Part shown: piece by piece, positions 29,123 to 42,332 of the stretch | Numbering within the stretch: the first letter of the stretch is position 1 | Layout of the letters: each line of letters begins with the position of its first letter | Assembly: GCA_964016885.1 (NCBI GenBank) | Contig: OZ024746.1 | Span: 49,166,001-49,230,000, forward strand | Origin: Eledone cirrhosa | Lineage: Eukaryota | Reading direction: 5' to 3' | Length of the DNA: 64,000 nucleotides | Program-made: the position numbers and the translations under genes | Notes under the pieces: generated by a model | Seen by the model: the letters and a program-made list of their open reading frames with translations, nothing else | What the model was told of the DNA's origin: nothing | The model's database searches: none

Positions 29123-29322
29123 CGAAGGGAAATGTGGTAAGGAACCAGGTGGACCATATCGCACCGAAGTACTCAATACTTAGGGTAGTAGAGTGGGTAA
29201 TAGGAACCAGTAAGACCCCGACGGCTGAGCTCAAGCCGTTTCGACGGCTAATTCTGGACTAAATTTAGTCCAGAATTAGCCGTCGAAACGGCTTGAGTTC
29301 AGCCGTCGGGGTCTTACTGGTT
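29119..29322. mobile_element. Non-autonomous hairpin derivative of the PLE-2 pseudo-LTR end, within (TA)n
   Basis: Palindrome at 29205-29322 centred on ctaaa|tttag. The long left arm is the reverse complement of 55256-55398. Confidence 0.85.
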
Positions 29323-30829
29323 ACTATATATATATATATATGCCTGTGTGTGTGAGTATCTATATATAATATGTGATATAGTGTAGTTCACTGTTTTCTT
29401 TGAAATATATAGTGTCTAAAAAATGTATACATACCTCAATAACATTCTAATAAATATTGCCCTGTACAGGTAAACAAAGTGTGTATACATTTTGGAGGGA
29501 CATCCTGTATATATACATATATAAGGGGGAGGGGTGTGTATGTGTCTGTATGTGTGTGTTGAGCGATACAAATGGATGGAGAGATTTATAATATAGAGTC
29601 TATTATCAAAAGGGTTATATTTTAAAAGACTATATATTTGAATCAAATGACCATGATACCATGCAGCAACTTGTACAATACATGTCTGCATATAACGTTT
29701 TCTTTTTCTTTTATATAACTTTTATATATCTTTATAAAGTTATTTACATATTGAGGAGTTGTAAAAATCATACATAAAATCAGATGATTCTGTTTGATAC
29801 ACCTTGTATATTTCTTATATCTCTACTATTGACCCTAGGATAAGGTGTTTTGTACTTAACGTATTTTTTCAAACCAGGACCTGTTGTCATGGTTTCATTT
29901 AAATGTATGTTTAGCTTCCATCCACTGGGGTGTGAGAGGCTTCTACAAAAAGTGTGTTGGGAACAAAATTAAAAGATTACGAAACAATACATAGATAGAA
30001 GCTAAATATATTGTTGAATGTTCAGGTTCGTAAGGAGAAGCAGACTGAAAGTGCGTTACACACACATACATTGGTTTATGTATATATGTGGTTGCTGAAG
30101 TGGTAATCATATTTACAGGTGGCCACGAGTGGGTTGGCTTATATTTTAAACCAGGATTTTGAAGGGAGGTTGGTTAAGAGGTTAGGTTTCGTTAGTGTTT
30201 TTGGAAGACGAACAGACGTTAAGTACGCATCTATTGTACACACACTGCAAGTGTTATATACGAACATTTTAAAACTACATATACACGCTAGCACACATGT
30301 CTGCACACATGTGTGCATACATGATTATGTATGCGTACACATATACATGTATGCGTACACTTGTTTACACATGCCGTTGAGCGTACACATAAGTGTGTCC
30401 AATTGTGTGTAATATATGCGTGCATATATGTATATAGTGTAGGCACATTGTGTGTGCATGCGTTTATGCTATTATTCATATAAGCCATCAGCAGATTAAT
30501 TTATATGAAAACAATTTTACAACATGCCTAGCTTATGAGATTTTGATTTATGTATTGAATTGAAATACCTTTTACAATGTACGCGCTCCTTGGTATTGGT
30601 TCTGTTCCAAAAATGTCAGCTACATCTCAATCAAATCACACCTCTTGCATAAAGGAAGGACGCATTGGACAATGTTGTTCTTGATATACAAAGAAAAGAC
30701 ATTGTTATGGCTAGAACAACTTTGATCACATTTGCATAATCATGGCTGACCTGGGGCAAAACAATATCAACTAAAAAACTTCAAACGAAATCTTTATGAT
30801 TGAGTACATTATTCAACTTTTAACACACC

Positions 30830-31229
30830 TGTAGCGCTCTCTAGACAGGAAGTAGCTGGAGTTACTTGCCGTTGAGATTGCAGAACCTTCTTTGTTACTT
30901 CCGTCCAGGGAACTATAAAAGGAGAGAGCTGAAAGCTATCTCCCTCTCTATTCACCGTTTGGCTGCTGGCCTTTGGCCAGGCGCGTTCCGCCGAAGGTAT
31001 ACTCGCTCGCATCCTGACTGCAAAAAGGTAAACACTTAACTTTCTTTCATCATGAAAGAAACATGTAACACAACAACTTAACCACGGCCTGGCAACACTT
31101 CAGCCAGTGGACCTTGTCTTCTGAAATCCTTAATTCATTGTTTCATTTCTCTATTCAGCTCTACTCAGCTCAATCTTCGTAAATAAATATTGTACATACA
31201 ACCCAGTGTCCTGTTATACACCTATTACA
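30830..31229 (+). mobile_element. Candidate solo LTR (~400 bp)
   Basis: TGTA...TACA termini, TATAAAA at 30914-30920 and AATAAA at 31182-31187. No target-site duplication is visible. Confidence 0.45.
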
Positions 31230-32631
31230 TTATAATACACTGAAATGTTTTAGGTATGTTATTATATTATATCGAGAAAAGCTTTAATACACCGTATTTA
31301 ATGCACGGCTATAACAATGTTTCATTCTATACAAGACTAAATTATTGGGAACTGATCTATTAATTGATTTTTTACCACCTTTCATTTATTTCAAGCTGTC
31401 TTATTGACTGGTGTAGGATTGCCAATTGATGCAGAAATCCCTATGTAAGATTCTCTAACTGTTGGATAATCACTTCATCTTTATAATCTTGTAATGGCAG
31501 CATAGAGCTAAGTTTAAGTAAATTTTCACAGGATTTCATCTCAGTCCTGTAAATTCCTTGACTTATGTGTGAAGTATACGATTAGATTTAAGCCACATTC
31601 ATTATTATCTAAAATCAGATCGTGTTTTCTCTTTTTCTCTAAGTAGTTTCTATATGTCATTGTTGTTTGGCCTCACATCACTTTTAATCGAGTATAAATT
31701 TGTTGAAAGGGATTCTAGTCATGCAAGCCTATCATTTTAGAGGTGTTAAAAATTACATCAGCGACTATGTGCACTTCGCTCTTATACCGATATTGAGGAA
31801 AATTTCGCTGATGTATCTAGCAGATTGTATGACCTCGTAGAGACTTCTCCATTGGCAAGAATAGTTCACTCATGTTTCTTAGGGGTAATGTAACAATAGA
31901 TTTACAACCAATGCCAATGAAGAGGAAATTCGAGCCTACGACCTTATATCCGATATGGGTCACCGACTCATCCGATTGTAACACTTAATCCCTAACCCTC
32001 GCACGCAAATATATCGAATTAGATTCCTTTCTAATATTAAGTTCTGATCACGTAAATGCTATAATCCGTAGATCAAAGAATGAAATACAACAATAAATCT
32101 CTAGTTAGAAAATGTCTTAACGATTGTCGAGTTGACGTGAAGAGAGATTTGTGTTAGACAGAAAGAGAGAAATCCTTTCATTTTTCAATTGATATTAGTT
32201 TTTACTATAAGAGAATAGTACACTATTGGTTTCGTCTGTGTATTTAATTGTATGTTTTGCTTAGGTAGTATCAATTTCGGCAGGACATGGCTTATTAAAA
32301 GGAAGAAAGAAAGCATTACAGAGTTAAATAACTAATTAAATAAATAGAATATATTGATAGTGAAAACGTTAGTTTGTCTAATGTTATATAACTTCGTAGC
32401 AGAGTTTTTGAAAGTTGCATTTAAAAGCGTCGATAAGGCATTGTTCCAGTAATCCATCAAAGAAGCTATAGTTCGCTTCGTATCCTGTCTTTAGTACTCC
32501 TATTTTCTATGGGTCTTTAGGATCCATAATTAACGTTTGCCGGTCTAATAATGGGTATAATGTTTAAATGCATATAAGCAAAGCATGTTGTGGATATGTT
32601 TGAAATAAACAACGTACACACTAAATAATTG

Positions 32632-32846
32632 TTTCTACTTTAAGCGCAAGGCCAGCAATTTTGGGTGAGGTCCGAGAAAGTCGATTAAATCGACCGCAGT
32701 GCATTACTGGTACTTTATTTTATCGACCTCATCACGATGAAAGGCAAAGCTAACCTCGGCGGGATTTTAACTCAGAACGTAAAGGGACGTAACTCTATGA
32801 CACGAAGCAAGTATCCGACGCTCTACCGCCGATTCTGCCAATCCAT
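32632..32846 (-). mobile_element. Same SINE family
   Basis: Reverse complement of the 23280/33797 family. Confidence 0.75.
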
Positions 32847-33164
32847 GCTAAATAATAATCAAGCAATCACAATTGATGTCTACTAGTTTTGGACAAAACA
32901 CGCCCTCCTTAGAGAACAGAAAAAGGTCCAATCGAATAATACTCTGCGAGGAATTACATATCATATTCTCTAAAGTTATTATTTGTTTAGGAGTATAGAA
33001 AATCATTTTGTTCAACTTTAAATAATAGAAAGTTAATTAGTCGAAAATAACTTATCCTGATATTCACATCAATACGTAAGGATTAAAAACATTTGTTTAC
33101 AATGAATTTTCGTGAAAACGAATTAATACATGTGTGGGTATGTTTGTTTATATATATATATAGT

Positions 33165-33238
<74 letters not shown>

Positions 33239-33796
33239 CATATATATAATATATATCACACTATATATATATCACCGTCATTAGTATCTCCTTATAATAT
33301 ATAACCACCAATTTCTCTGTCTGTCCGACAGTGGAAACACGTGCGCGCGTGCGAATGTTTTTTGCGCACGCGACGCGTAGAGAGAGAGTGAGAGTGAAAG
33401 AAAGAGACAGACTACAAGAGGGGGATAGCGGGAAGGAGAGTGGGGGGAATTGAGGAGTGCTACAGAAACATATATACATTTCTGTGAGTGTGTAATATAT
33501 ATATATATACACACACAGAAATATATATATATACAAACAGAAATATATGTTACATCCCTTAGCTACTGTACTGTATCTGTTGCTATCTCTCTCTCTCTGT
33601 CCAGCTATCCCTCTCTTTTAGTCTGTCTGTTTCTCTCACTCTCACTCTTTCTCTTTGTAACACACTAACATTCCTCCCCTATATCGCTGTGACGAATGGG
33701 GAGATGGAGGAGGAGGAGGAGGAGAGAGTCACTTCGTCACTTCACCTCTGCCTTTCTTTCTCTCCCCTCTCACTCCCTCATTACGTACAGACATTA

Positions 33797-33985
33797 GGGC
33801 GGTGGATTGGCAGAATCTGTAGAGAGTCGGACACCATGCTTCATAGCATGGAGTTACGTCCCTTTACGGTCTGAGTTCAAATACCGCCGAGGTTAACTTT
33901 GCCCTTCATCCTCACGGGGTCGATAAAATAAAGTACCAGTAATGTACTGTGTAATTGCTGGCCTTGTACCAAAAGTAGAAACAAT
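33797..33985 (+). mobile_element. Same SINE family
   Basis: ggcggtggattggcagaatc...tgagttcaaata...ggggtcgataaaataaagtaccag. Confidence 0.78.
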
Positions 33986-34099
33986 TATTAGAAACATTGC
34001 TTCATTTTTACATATCTAAGCATTAGTAAAATAACTAATAATTTCAAAAGTAATTTTTCAATTCCAATTGTTATGAACAGCAAAACATTAATAATAATT

Positions 34100-35666
34100 T
34101 TCTATAGATCTATGTACAATATTTATACAAACTATCAGAGGGAATATACATATCTACACATATATATGCTGTCTTCAGAAATAATGATATTTGTTTATTG
34201 AAAAAACAAAGATTCAATACAATAGGTCTGTTTGGGAACAGGTTTTGAATTGACCAATAGAGAGATAGTGAGGGTCAAGGTAGTAATATAGTAGTAGAAG
34301 AACCTTAAATTATGGGTAGAGGAAGGTAGATTTCAGTTTTGGATGGAAAAGAATATTATGAATGAAGGATTATTTTAGGGAAGAAATAGGTCTTATGCTG
34401 ACCTCAGAAATAATTTTATTTGTTCATTGAATAAAACCAACAAAGATCTAATATATTCTGTCTGTTTGGTAAGAGGTTTAGAATTAACCAATAGAAAGTT
34501 AATAATTGGCCAAATGGTAAAATAGTAGTAATTGAAGCTTATTTTAGGGGTGAAAATAGGTCAGGTGGTCAGTAAAAGGTATACAAGCAGTTGCTGTTAT
34601 AAAATAGTAATGCCAATACAAATATCTAAGGTGACTAAAGTTTTACGATAAGAATGTTAGTGAAAAAAATACATCTATGAAAAGAATATAAATTAATTTA
34701 ATTGATGGATATATTTATATTGATAAAATTATACTAATACATATAGATATGATAAATAAGAGTTAGATGCAGTTGAAAAGTGGTGTTAAAGATGAGGGGA
34801 AATTAAAAGAATATAAAAATAATATATATATATACTTATATATATATATATGGTGGCTGCCAACTCGTTTTCGAGTACGGCCACTACTTTATATCCATGT
34901 AGGAGAACCCCTACCGAAGCGCTGCATGAGTGTGACTTTTTAGTCCAGCCAGCGACTTGAAAACTCTGGTACAAACACTACACTTGTGACAATTATTGAC
35001 ACATAGTGCTGGGCCCATGGTACCATGTGAGGACAAGTGCAGAGAGATCTCCAGATATAAAGCAATGCCTGTGCCGTGAAGCTTTTATAGTGAGCAAAGG
35101 CACTGCACAAAGCCAGTCCCACTCTCTTAACCAAGATGATATTTACCAAAAAGAAGAACAAGTCAACATCATTGGATACCATCAAGGTTGCAGGTGTTAT
35201 ATCAGAGTTTTCCTTCTCCTAGAATTCTGCCTTGACAAAGGCTAAGGGGTCATCTCTCCCGGTGATTTTGGATGGCCATTGACTCTTAAGAGCTCCTTTG
35301 CCCTTTGACAGGTTTTGTTTTTAGTCCTGCAGGATGTCCAAAGTCACCCTCCTCACCAAGAAACCTTGGTGGGGTTGCCAGTTTAGTCGCCAACGACCCG
35401 ACCATGAGACAGGTTGTACTGGGATACATGTTACCAGTAGCACCAACTGGTGACCTGACATATATTTATATTGATAAAATTATACTAATACATATAGATA
35501 TGATAAATAAGAGTTAGATGCAGTTGAAAAGTGGTGTTAAAGATGAGGGGAAATTAAAAGAATATAAAAATAATATATATATATACTTATATATATATAT
35601 ATATACACATATATATACACATACACACACACATATATACACATATATATACACATATATATACAC

Positions 35667-35735
<69 letters not shown>

Positions 35736-36150
35736 CATGCATATATACATACATACATACATATATATACACACATACACACTTACATATACATATAATT
35801 ATTGGGGGGGGGGGGGGGGTTAAATTTATTAGTGAGAAATAATAAATATATATAGTTTTCAAGGAACATAGAGTCATAACCTGAAGTTAAAGCATTATAT
35901 ATGTTTACTTAATGGTATCAGTTTTAGGAAATGATAGTTGTAAGAAGGAAAGCAAAATTAATTTGCTTTCCTTGACCCTCACTATCTCTCTATTGGTCAA
36001 TTCAAAACCTGTTCCCAAACAGACCTATTGTATTGAATCTTTGTTTTTTCAATAAACAAATATCATTATTTCTGAAGACAGCATATATATGTGTAGGTAT
36101 GTATATTCCCTCTGATAGTTTGTTTAAATGTTGTACATAGATCTATAGAA
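34100..36150. repeat. Long-range inverted repeat (arms ~34100-34280 and ~35970-36150)
   Basis: The ~180-bp arms are near-perfect reverse complements. A diverged direct copy of part of the left arm lies at ~34396-34500. Confidence 0.85.
34851..35460 (-). mobile_element. ~610-bp non-coding insertion (SINE-like or RTE-5'-like) flanked by a ~140-bp direct duplication
   Basis: A GC-richer block lies between matching copies at 34709-34850 and 35461-35602. Family and strand are tentative. Confidence 0.6.
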
Positions 36151-36319
36151 TATGCATACCAACTCTAACATATATATATCCTAGAAACGATCGTAAAATG
36201 ATGAATTTGTTTTAATATAAGGAACTGTTTCTTTGTTTATTAATTATTTTATTAATTTATATATATATATATACACACACAGAAATATATATACATTTCT
36301 GTGTGTGTAATATATATAT

Positions 36320-36869
36320 ATATATTACACACAGAAATATATGGGCATTTCTCTGTCTGTCTGTCCTTCCTTAAAACTCAAATGTAGGTGCTACAGAAAT
36401 ATTACCTTCCCCTTCCTTTCTCCACTTTGGTACTACCAAGAGAAACACTGTCGCTATAGAAACATTACTTTCCCCTCTCCACTGACTTTGGTCACTGAGG
36501 CCGAGGGAATCGCTGGTTGCTATAGAGACACCTTGCACAAGCCAGAAGTAACCAGTTCGAGGCGGTTCTGACTTGACACCATGCCAAGGACCTTTGAAGA
36601 TATATTTCCATCGTTATATCATAACGTTTATGCATCATAACGTTTATATTTCCGTCACTAATCTCTTTTTCTCCTTTTTCGTTTTAACATATATTTATTT
36701 CAAAGATTTCACCGTATAGATAACATATATATTTATACATGCATAAAAGACACACCGAGAGACGGTGAACATGTGGTGCCGAAAACATTTCTCATCCAAA
36801 TCTCAACAATATCAGTATATACTCTAGATTTGCTAGCAGAAAACCGCCCACCGGGTGGTTTTCTGCTAG
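36320..36869 (+). mobile_element. Candidate non-autonomous Helitron-like repeat (related piece at ~33285-33790)
   Basis: A GC-rich hairpin at 36833-36869 ends in CTAG|T, and ctctgtctgtc...gctacagaaa blocks are shared with 33285-33790. Confidence 0.4.
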
Positions 36870-37345
36870 TCATTATATATATTCGATGACTGTGTCTGTA
36901 GCTTAATGGTACCCCCAAGGTAGTTTAGTCAATAATGTTTATATCTGTCTCGAGTCATCTTTTATCGATGTGCTATCGATCTCTATGTGTCGTATGTGTA
37001 AAGTACAATACATAATGTGACAAAAACATCAACCGGTTTTTAGGCTGTAAGCATAAACATAAATACAGACGTAGAAATACGGGACCCAGAGACACAGAGT
37101 AAGTTAGTTGGAAGTGGAGGACACTTGTTCGGCTGTCACTTTTACACATGTATTGAGTACATTTTTGAATCAATTCATTTCATATAATAAACTATTTGTT
37201 TACTAAATTACATACACACAATAATACCCGGCGGTTTTGAAGGTTATATTCGTTCAAAACACGTAAAAAATAATATATGAGTCTCGGCTTTAATCGGAGG
37301 CAACCACAGTGAGTAAGGTACTTAATACATTAGTAGAGTGTAAAC

Positions 37346-37474
37346 ATCATATTTAATACAGAAAGGGTTTCTACAGGGCTAGAACTGTTTCATTCAAAAG
37401 AGATCACCAGAAATAACTTTCCTGAATGAAACCTGTTCTAGTCATGTAGAAGCCATTTCTATATTAAACATGAT
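37346..37474. repeat. Diverged hairpin
   Basis: atcatatttaatacagaaa...gtttcattca pairs with tgaatgaaac...tttctatattaaacatgat. Confidence 0.75.
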
Positions 37475-37924
37475 ATATATGTGTGCGTGTGTGTATGTGT
37501 GTGTGTGTTTATTCATGCTTCCGTGTTTTTGTGTGTGCATAAAATGTCTTCTTTGATGTAGCCACAAGGGTGGTGGAGAATAAATAGAAATTACGAAAAA
37601 CATTCTATAAATAGTTCAGGGTTAGTATTCAGGGTTAGTATTCAGTGTGCATGGATACAAATAAGAAAATAAATGATGGTAAGCATTCGTATTCAGGTAA
37701 CATCTTCTCATTCAAAGGATCCTAATTAAATGAAATACATTTATTTATTATTTCGTTTGTTTTTTGTAAAAATGTCTGATTGGCCGTATGTTGCGTTGGG
37801 ATAAATTAAAAACAATGCAGTCTAATGAATGGCTATTCATTATAGTTATTCTAGAAATTGAAAACAAAAAATGTCCCTCGTCAAATGTTATTCATAGATT
37901 CGATTCCTGTCATGTGATAATAGT

Positions 37925-38148
37925 TTTTAATTTAGGTACGAGGCCAAAACGTTTGAGGGGACGGTATATGTCGATTATACTGACCTTGATCTTGTACTGG
38001 TGTTTTATTTTATTGAACCTAGAAAGATAAAAGGCAATGCTGACATCGTCGGTATTTCAAGCCAGAATGTCGGTATTTAAAGACAGGCCGTAGAAATACT
38101 GAAATACATTTTATCCAATGCACTAACAATTCTGCCAATCCACCACCC
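37925..38148 (-). mobile_element. Same SINE family, more diverged
   Basis: gtactggtgttttatttt..gataaaaggcaa..ttctgccaatccacc. Confidence 0.6.
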
Positions 38149-38399
38149 TCCATCTCATTCTATATTGAAAATGATGTGTGTCGAGAAAGACAATAATTTC
38201 GGCAAAAACATTTAGCAGGACAATTTCAGGAAGTTATTATTTAAACATTCCTACCATCGTTTTTTATATAGCTTGTCTCTTTTACCCCACATATCTTTGT
38301 AACTTCCATTTGTTGTTTTATATACATGAATGAAGTCGCAGGAAATTGCTAAAATAAAAAGCTAAATAAAAAGAATTATTTTTTATTAATATTATTTTT

Positions 38400-39390
38400 A
38401 TTTTTATTGCCTCTTGTTATTGCATTTGCAGTGCCTGGTGAAGCTATTTTCAGTATGATGCATACATTTTTAAGTTATGTAACTGTCTGCTGTTCTTTTC
38501 TTATTCCTAGAGCACCAATTATTATAGGGATGGTTTCTGTTTGCATCATTCACGTTGCAGTTTTATATCCAGATATCTATATTTGTATATTTTTTCATTT
38601 TCTTGATGAATATATTGTTGCCTGTAGGGATCTGTCTTTTCTCTTTTTTGTTCCTGTAACTCCTGATAGAATCGAGGGGCGCCATATTGACATACGGCGT
38701 TTCTTGGGCATTTTAAGCCTGGAGGAGCCCATCCTTTCCCAGGCAAATTCTTTACAGCAAATTCTTTCCAGAGAAAGATAAAAAGTGAGAGAGAGGAAAT
38801 GAGAAAGCGATATAGAGGAGGAATCGACCCCAGTACTAGACTGGTACATTTTTATCGACCTCGAAAGGATGAAAGGCAAAGTTGACCTCGGCGGGATTTG
38901 AACTCAGAGAGCTGAGAGCCGGAAAGAATGCCATAAATCCTTTTATCCAATGTTTTAACGACTCTCCCAATTCGCCGCCTGTCTGCAGGGATAGATACAC
39001 CAATTAGAAGACATTTTCTTCTTCGTGGTCATTGATTATAATATCCATTCTGTCGAGCTGGATCCTCCTGTTTATGAGTATTAGTATACCCCAGATTATG
39101 GCTGGTTGGACATTCTCTGACATCTTTTCTGGTGTATGTTTGTGCCATCATTTTTCTGTTGGTATTTCGTAGTGTTGGCATAATTTCCAGTGTGTGTAAA
39201 TTCCAAAGATATCTCAGCCTGTGGATATATTCTTTCTTTATGGCTAAAGCTGAGCAGCCAGAGATAATTCGGTTGTTTCTTCATTATCACCCCATATCCT
39301 GAAAATATAAATGGACATATTGGATAATGTAGTTTTAGATACTGGTTGTTTGAAAATGGATGCCATAGATATGGTGGAAATGTCTTTGAT
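38400..39390 (-). mobile_element. Degraded 3' part (RLE endonuclease) of an R4/Dong-like element, interrupted by an insertion at ~38631-38980
   Basis: The minus strand translates to remnants IIWG..RMDII..CLLIGVSIP, EKIYKYRYL and TETIPIIIGALG. An AAT-rich tail lies near 38380-38407. Confidence 0.6.
38820..38980 (-). mobile_element. Same SINE superfamily
   Basis: tttatcgacctcgaaaggatgaaaggcaaagttgacctcggcgggatttgaactcaga. Confidence 0.78.
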
Positions 39391-41049
39391 CAAAGATGGC
39401 CTGAGTTTCAACTAGAAACGTATTCCATACATTTCAACTAATGGTTAAAAATGAAAATACAAAGGTTAATACTTATACATTTTAGAATACAGTTTGCGCA
39501 GTCATGCCCTAGTCATTAGGTTCATTTTGTAATCATTAAGTTCTGGGTTTGACTACATAACGTGTCTTCGGGTTGATGCAAAAATACTGTTTGGAGAGAA
39601 TGTTTAAACAACATTGCGAAATTTTTGGCACAGTCAAGTTCAAATAACCAATTTTAGATGATGTAACAATGCACATAATGTTTTAAGCATGTTATTTACA
39701 ATAAAACGTAAAATACTGTTTTCATGTAATGTATTGAAGGAAAAGAGACTTGGCAGAGGCTATTGTCACACTGCAAGATATTGATCACGAATGTAATCAT
39801 ACGTAAAACATTAGTAGCCTAAGTTATATGAAGAAAAATTACTCTGCGTGGGAATTGAATCTAACTCAGCTTAAATAAACAATATTTACGTCCAATAAAT
39901 TTATTTTTAGTAAAGCTAGATCGAGTGAATCTGTCTTATAAAAGAATTTTCCAATAGAGAATATACAAGCATTTCTTTTTCTTTTTAAACTGTTCTATAG
40001 CATTACTAGCATTCTTTCGAAGGTTTAATTATGTGAACTTTTTCCGATATGCCCTTGAGAATATCACTGTAACTTTCCAGGTATGCTTGTGCTTTAGAAA
40101 TGAAAATCACACTGAGAATATGCTTAGGAATTTAGCCTTTTGACTAATCCGTACGTAGAATATTTCATGTTTTATATTGAATTTCTCTCCCCAAAATACA
40201 AATGAAATATTGAAAAGTTAATCTGTTTTGATGGATGTCAACTCTGAATTCAAGTTGGGAAGATTTTAAGACACGTTTCTATTTCTTTAATGCACTTGTG
40301 TAAATGAGGTTAAATCCAATAAAAGTGCAATATTATTACAAATTCTGACACTTCCATTGATAGAAAAATATAAATAAGGAAGCTAAAATAATCAATAAAA
40401 TCAGGTATATGGAAAAAAGAAATAAGATAAAATAAAAGCTACAGTTATGTTGTTATATTTCTCTAGCTAAGAATCGAATCTAACGCTTATTAAGCTCAGA
40501 AACGAGAAGGTTTGGAATCATTATGAAGATGAAAAGCTACAAAATTACATGTTGATATTAAAATGTCTATATATGAATATAAATACCATTTTGTGGTGAG
40601 TTTCCCACTGAATAATGTTCCGGTAAATATTCTACTGTGTTATGTTTGGTACCTCACTGATCGACTTCATCGAGCCAGAATCCGTTGTACATTTCAAAGT
40701 CCTGTATCTAATAAAATAAATTCCATCTCTTTTAGATAAACAAGAGAACCACATCTTGTTAACTCCACTGTACATACCAACAAGAAATCATAGCGACTTG
40801 TTAGACAATTGAGGAATAGCAACCATATTTCCCTCAAATCAAACATCACTATCTTAGAAAATTGAAACTATATTGGCTAATGTGGTTCTAGGCATACTGT
40901 AACTGATGGACAGAAAACAATATAGTGGTCAGGTGGAAGTTATTTTTGATAATAGTTCTGTTTGGTCAAATCGTACCTGGAAAATCGTACAACAGCAATA
41001 ATCGCCACAGTATAAACCTGAAACTTTATATATATAACATAAAATTAAA

Positions 41050-41111
<62 letters not shown>

Positions 41112-41116
<5 letters not shown>

Positions 41117-42332
41117 TAAACGTAACGAATAAGAGATCACTTTTAATTAAAATTTTTCCAGGTGATAGTGGAGTTTGGGGATGATATTGTGTTCTCTAAG
41201 CCGATCAAAGCTATCACTTAGTTCAATTTTGAAATTGCATATTACAGATGATTATTAATCTCCGGTCACGTCAGCCATTGCTACTGATGTAGATATTTTA
41301 TTTCATAAAATCAACCTATATTTATATATATGTATGTATATATATAAATATATAAATTTTAATTTATGTTATATATATATTTGACATAAATTTTAATTTG
41401 TTTCAGAATGTCCTTTTTGATTTTTGTAAACAGGTTGTGTTTCATTGCTTTGGCAGGTGTTTGTCAGGAGACTACTAGTAGGGTAAGAGCTACTGATTTT
41501 TCAGAACCCTTCAGTCAATTAATCATGTTCTCGTAACCGGTACAGATACTCTTTGGGGTGCCACTCTAGACGTTTGACTGTGTGTCTGTCATGACGTTTC
41601 AGTTGGCCTTAGAAATGCTTCGTGATACTCATCTCCTCTCCAAGCATCCATTCCTTACTACGTTTAACTTGCCATCAGAAGCAATTATCAGGATGTGGCT
41701 GAAAAATGTCCCAGATACAGAACTGAAAGTCAGGCGAGGACCTGTGTACCCGTTGACCCCGAAAGATGTCGCTGACTGATATCAAGATATTCTTTCTACT
41801 GGAAGACCACAGTTTTGAGATAGCGTTTCTTTAAAATCTTAGATAACGGTACATCCGGTATTGCAAATAATTTCACTCTATTTTCAAAGCAAATATAAAA
41901 CAACGCTGTGTCCAATATTGAAATAAGGTTTCTTTAAATCGTTTCGCTCTTCTTTCTCCTTATAGAGAGTGTGTAACAGTACGTCCGGTTTTGAAATAAT
42001 GATTATTTAAATCCTGGATAACGTATATTCGCTTTTGAATAACGTTTCATCAAATCACTTCAAGACAATAGTAAATAGATCTGCATTCAATATAGAAGTT
42101 ATAGTATAACTTGACTTTGTCTTCTATACTAAACGTAACGAATAAGAGATCACTTTTAATTAAAACTTTTCCAGATGATTGTGGAGTTTGGGGACGATAT
42201 TGTGTTCTCTAAGCCGATCAAGGTATCGCTTAGTTCAATTTTGAAATTGCATATTACAGATGATTATTAATCTCCGGTCACGTCAGCCATTGCTACTGAT
42301 GTACATATTTTATTTCATAAAATCAACCTATA
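41112..42332 (+). repeat. ~208-bp direct duplication (41112-41320 and 42125-42332)
   Basis: The two copies differ by a handful of substitutions. Confidence 0.9.
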
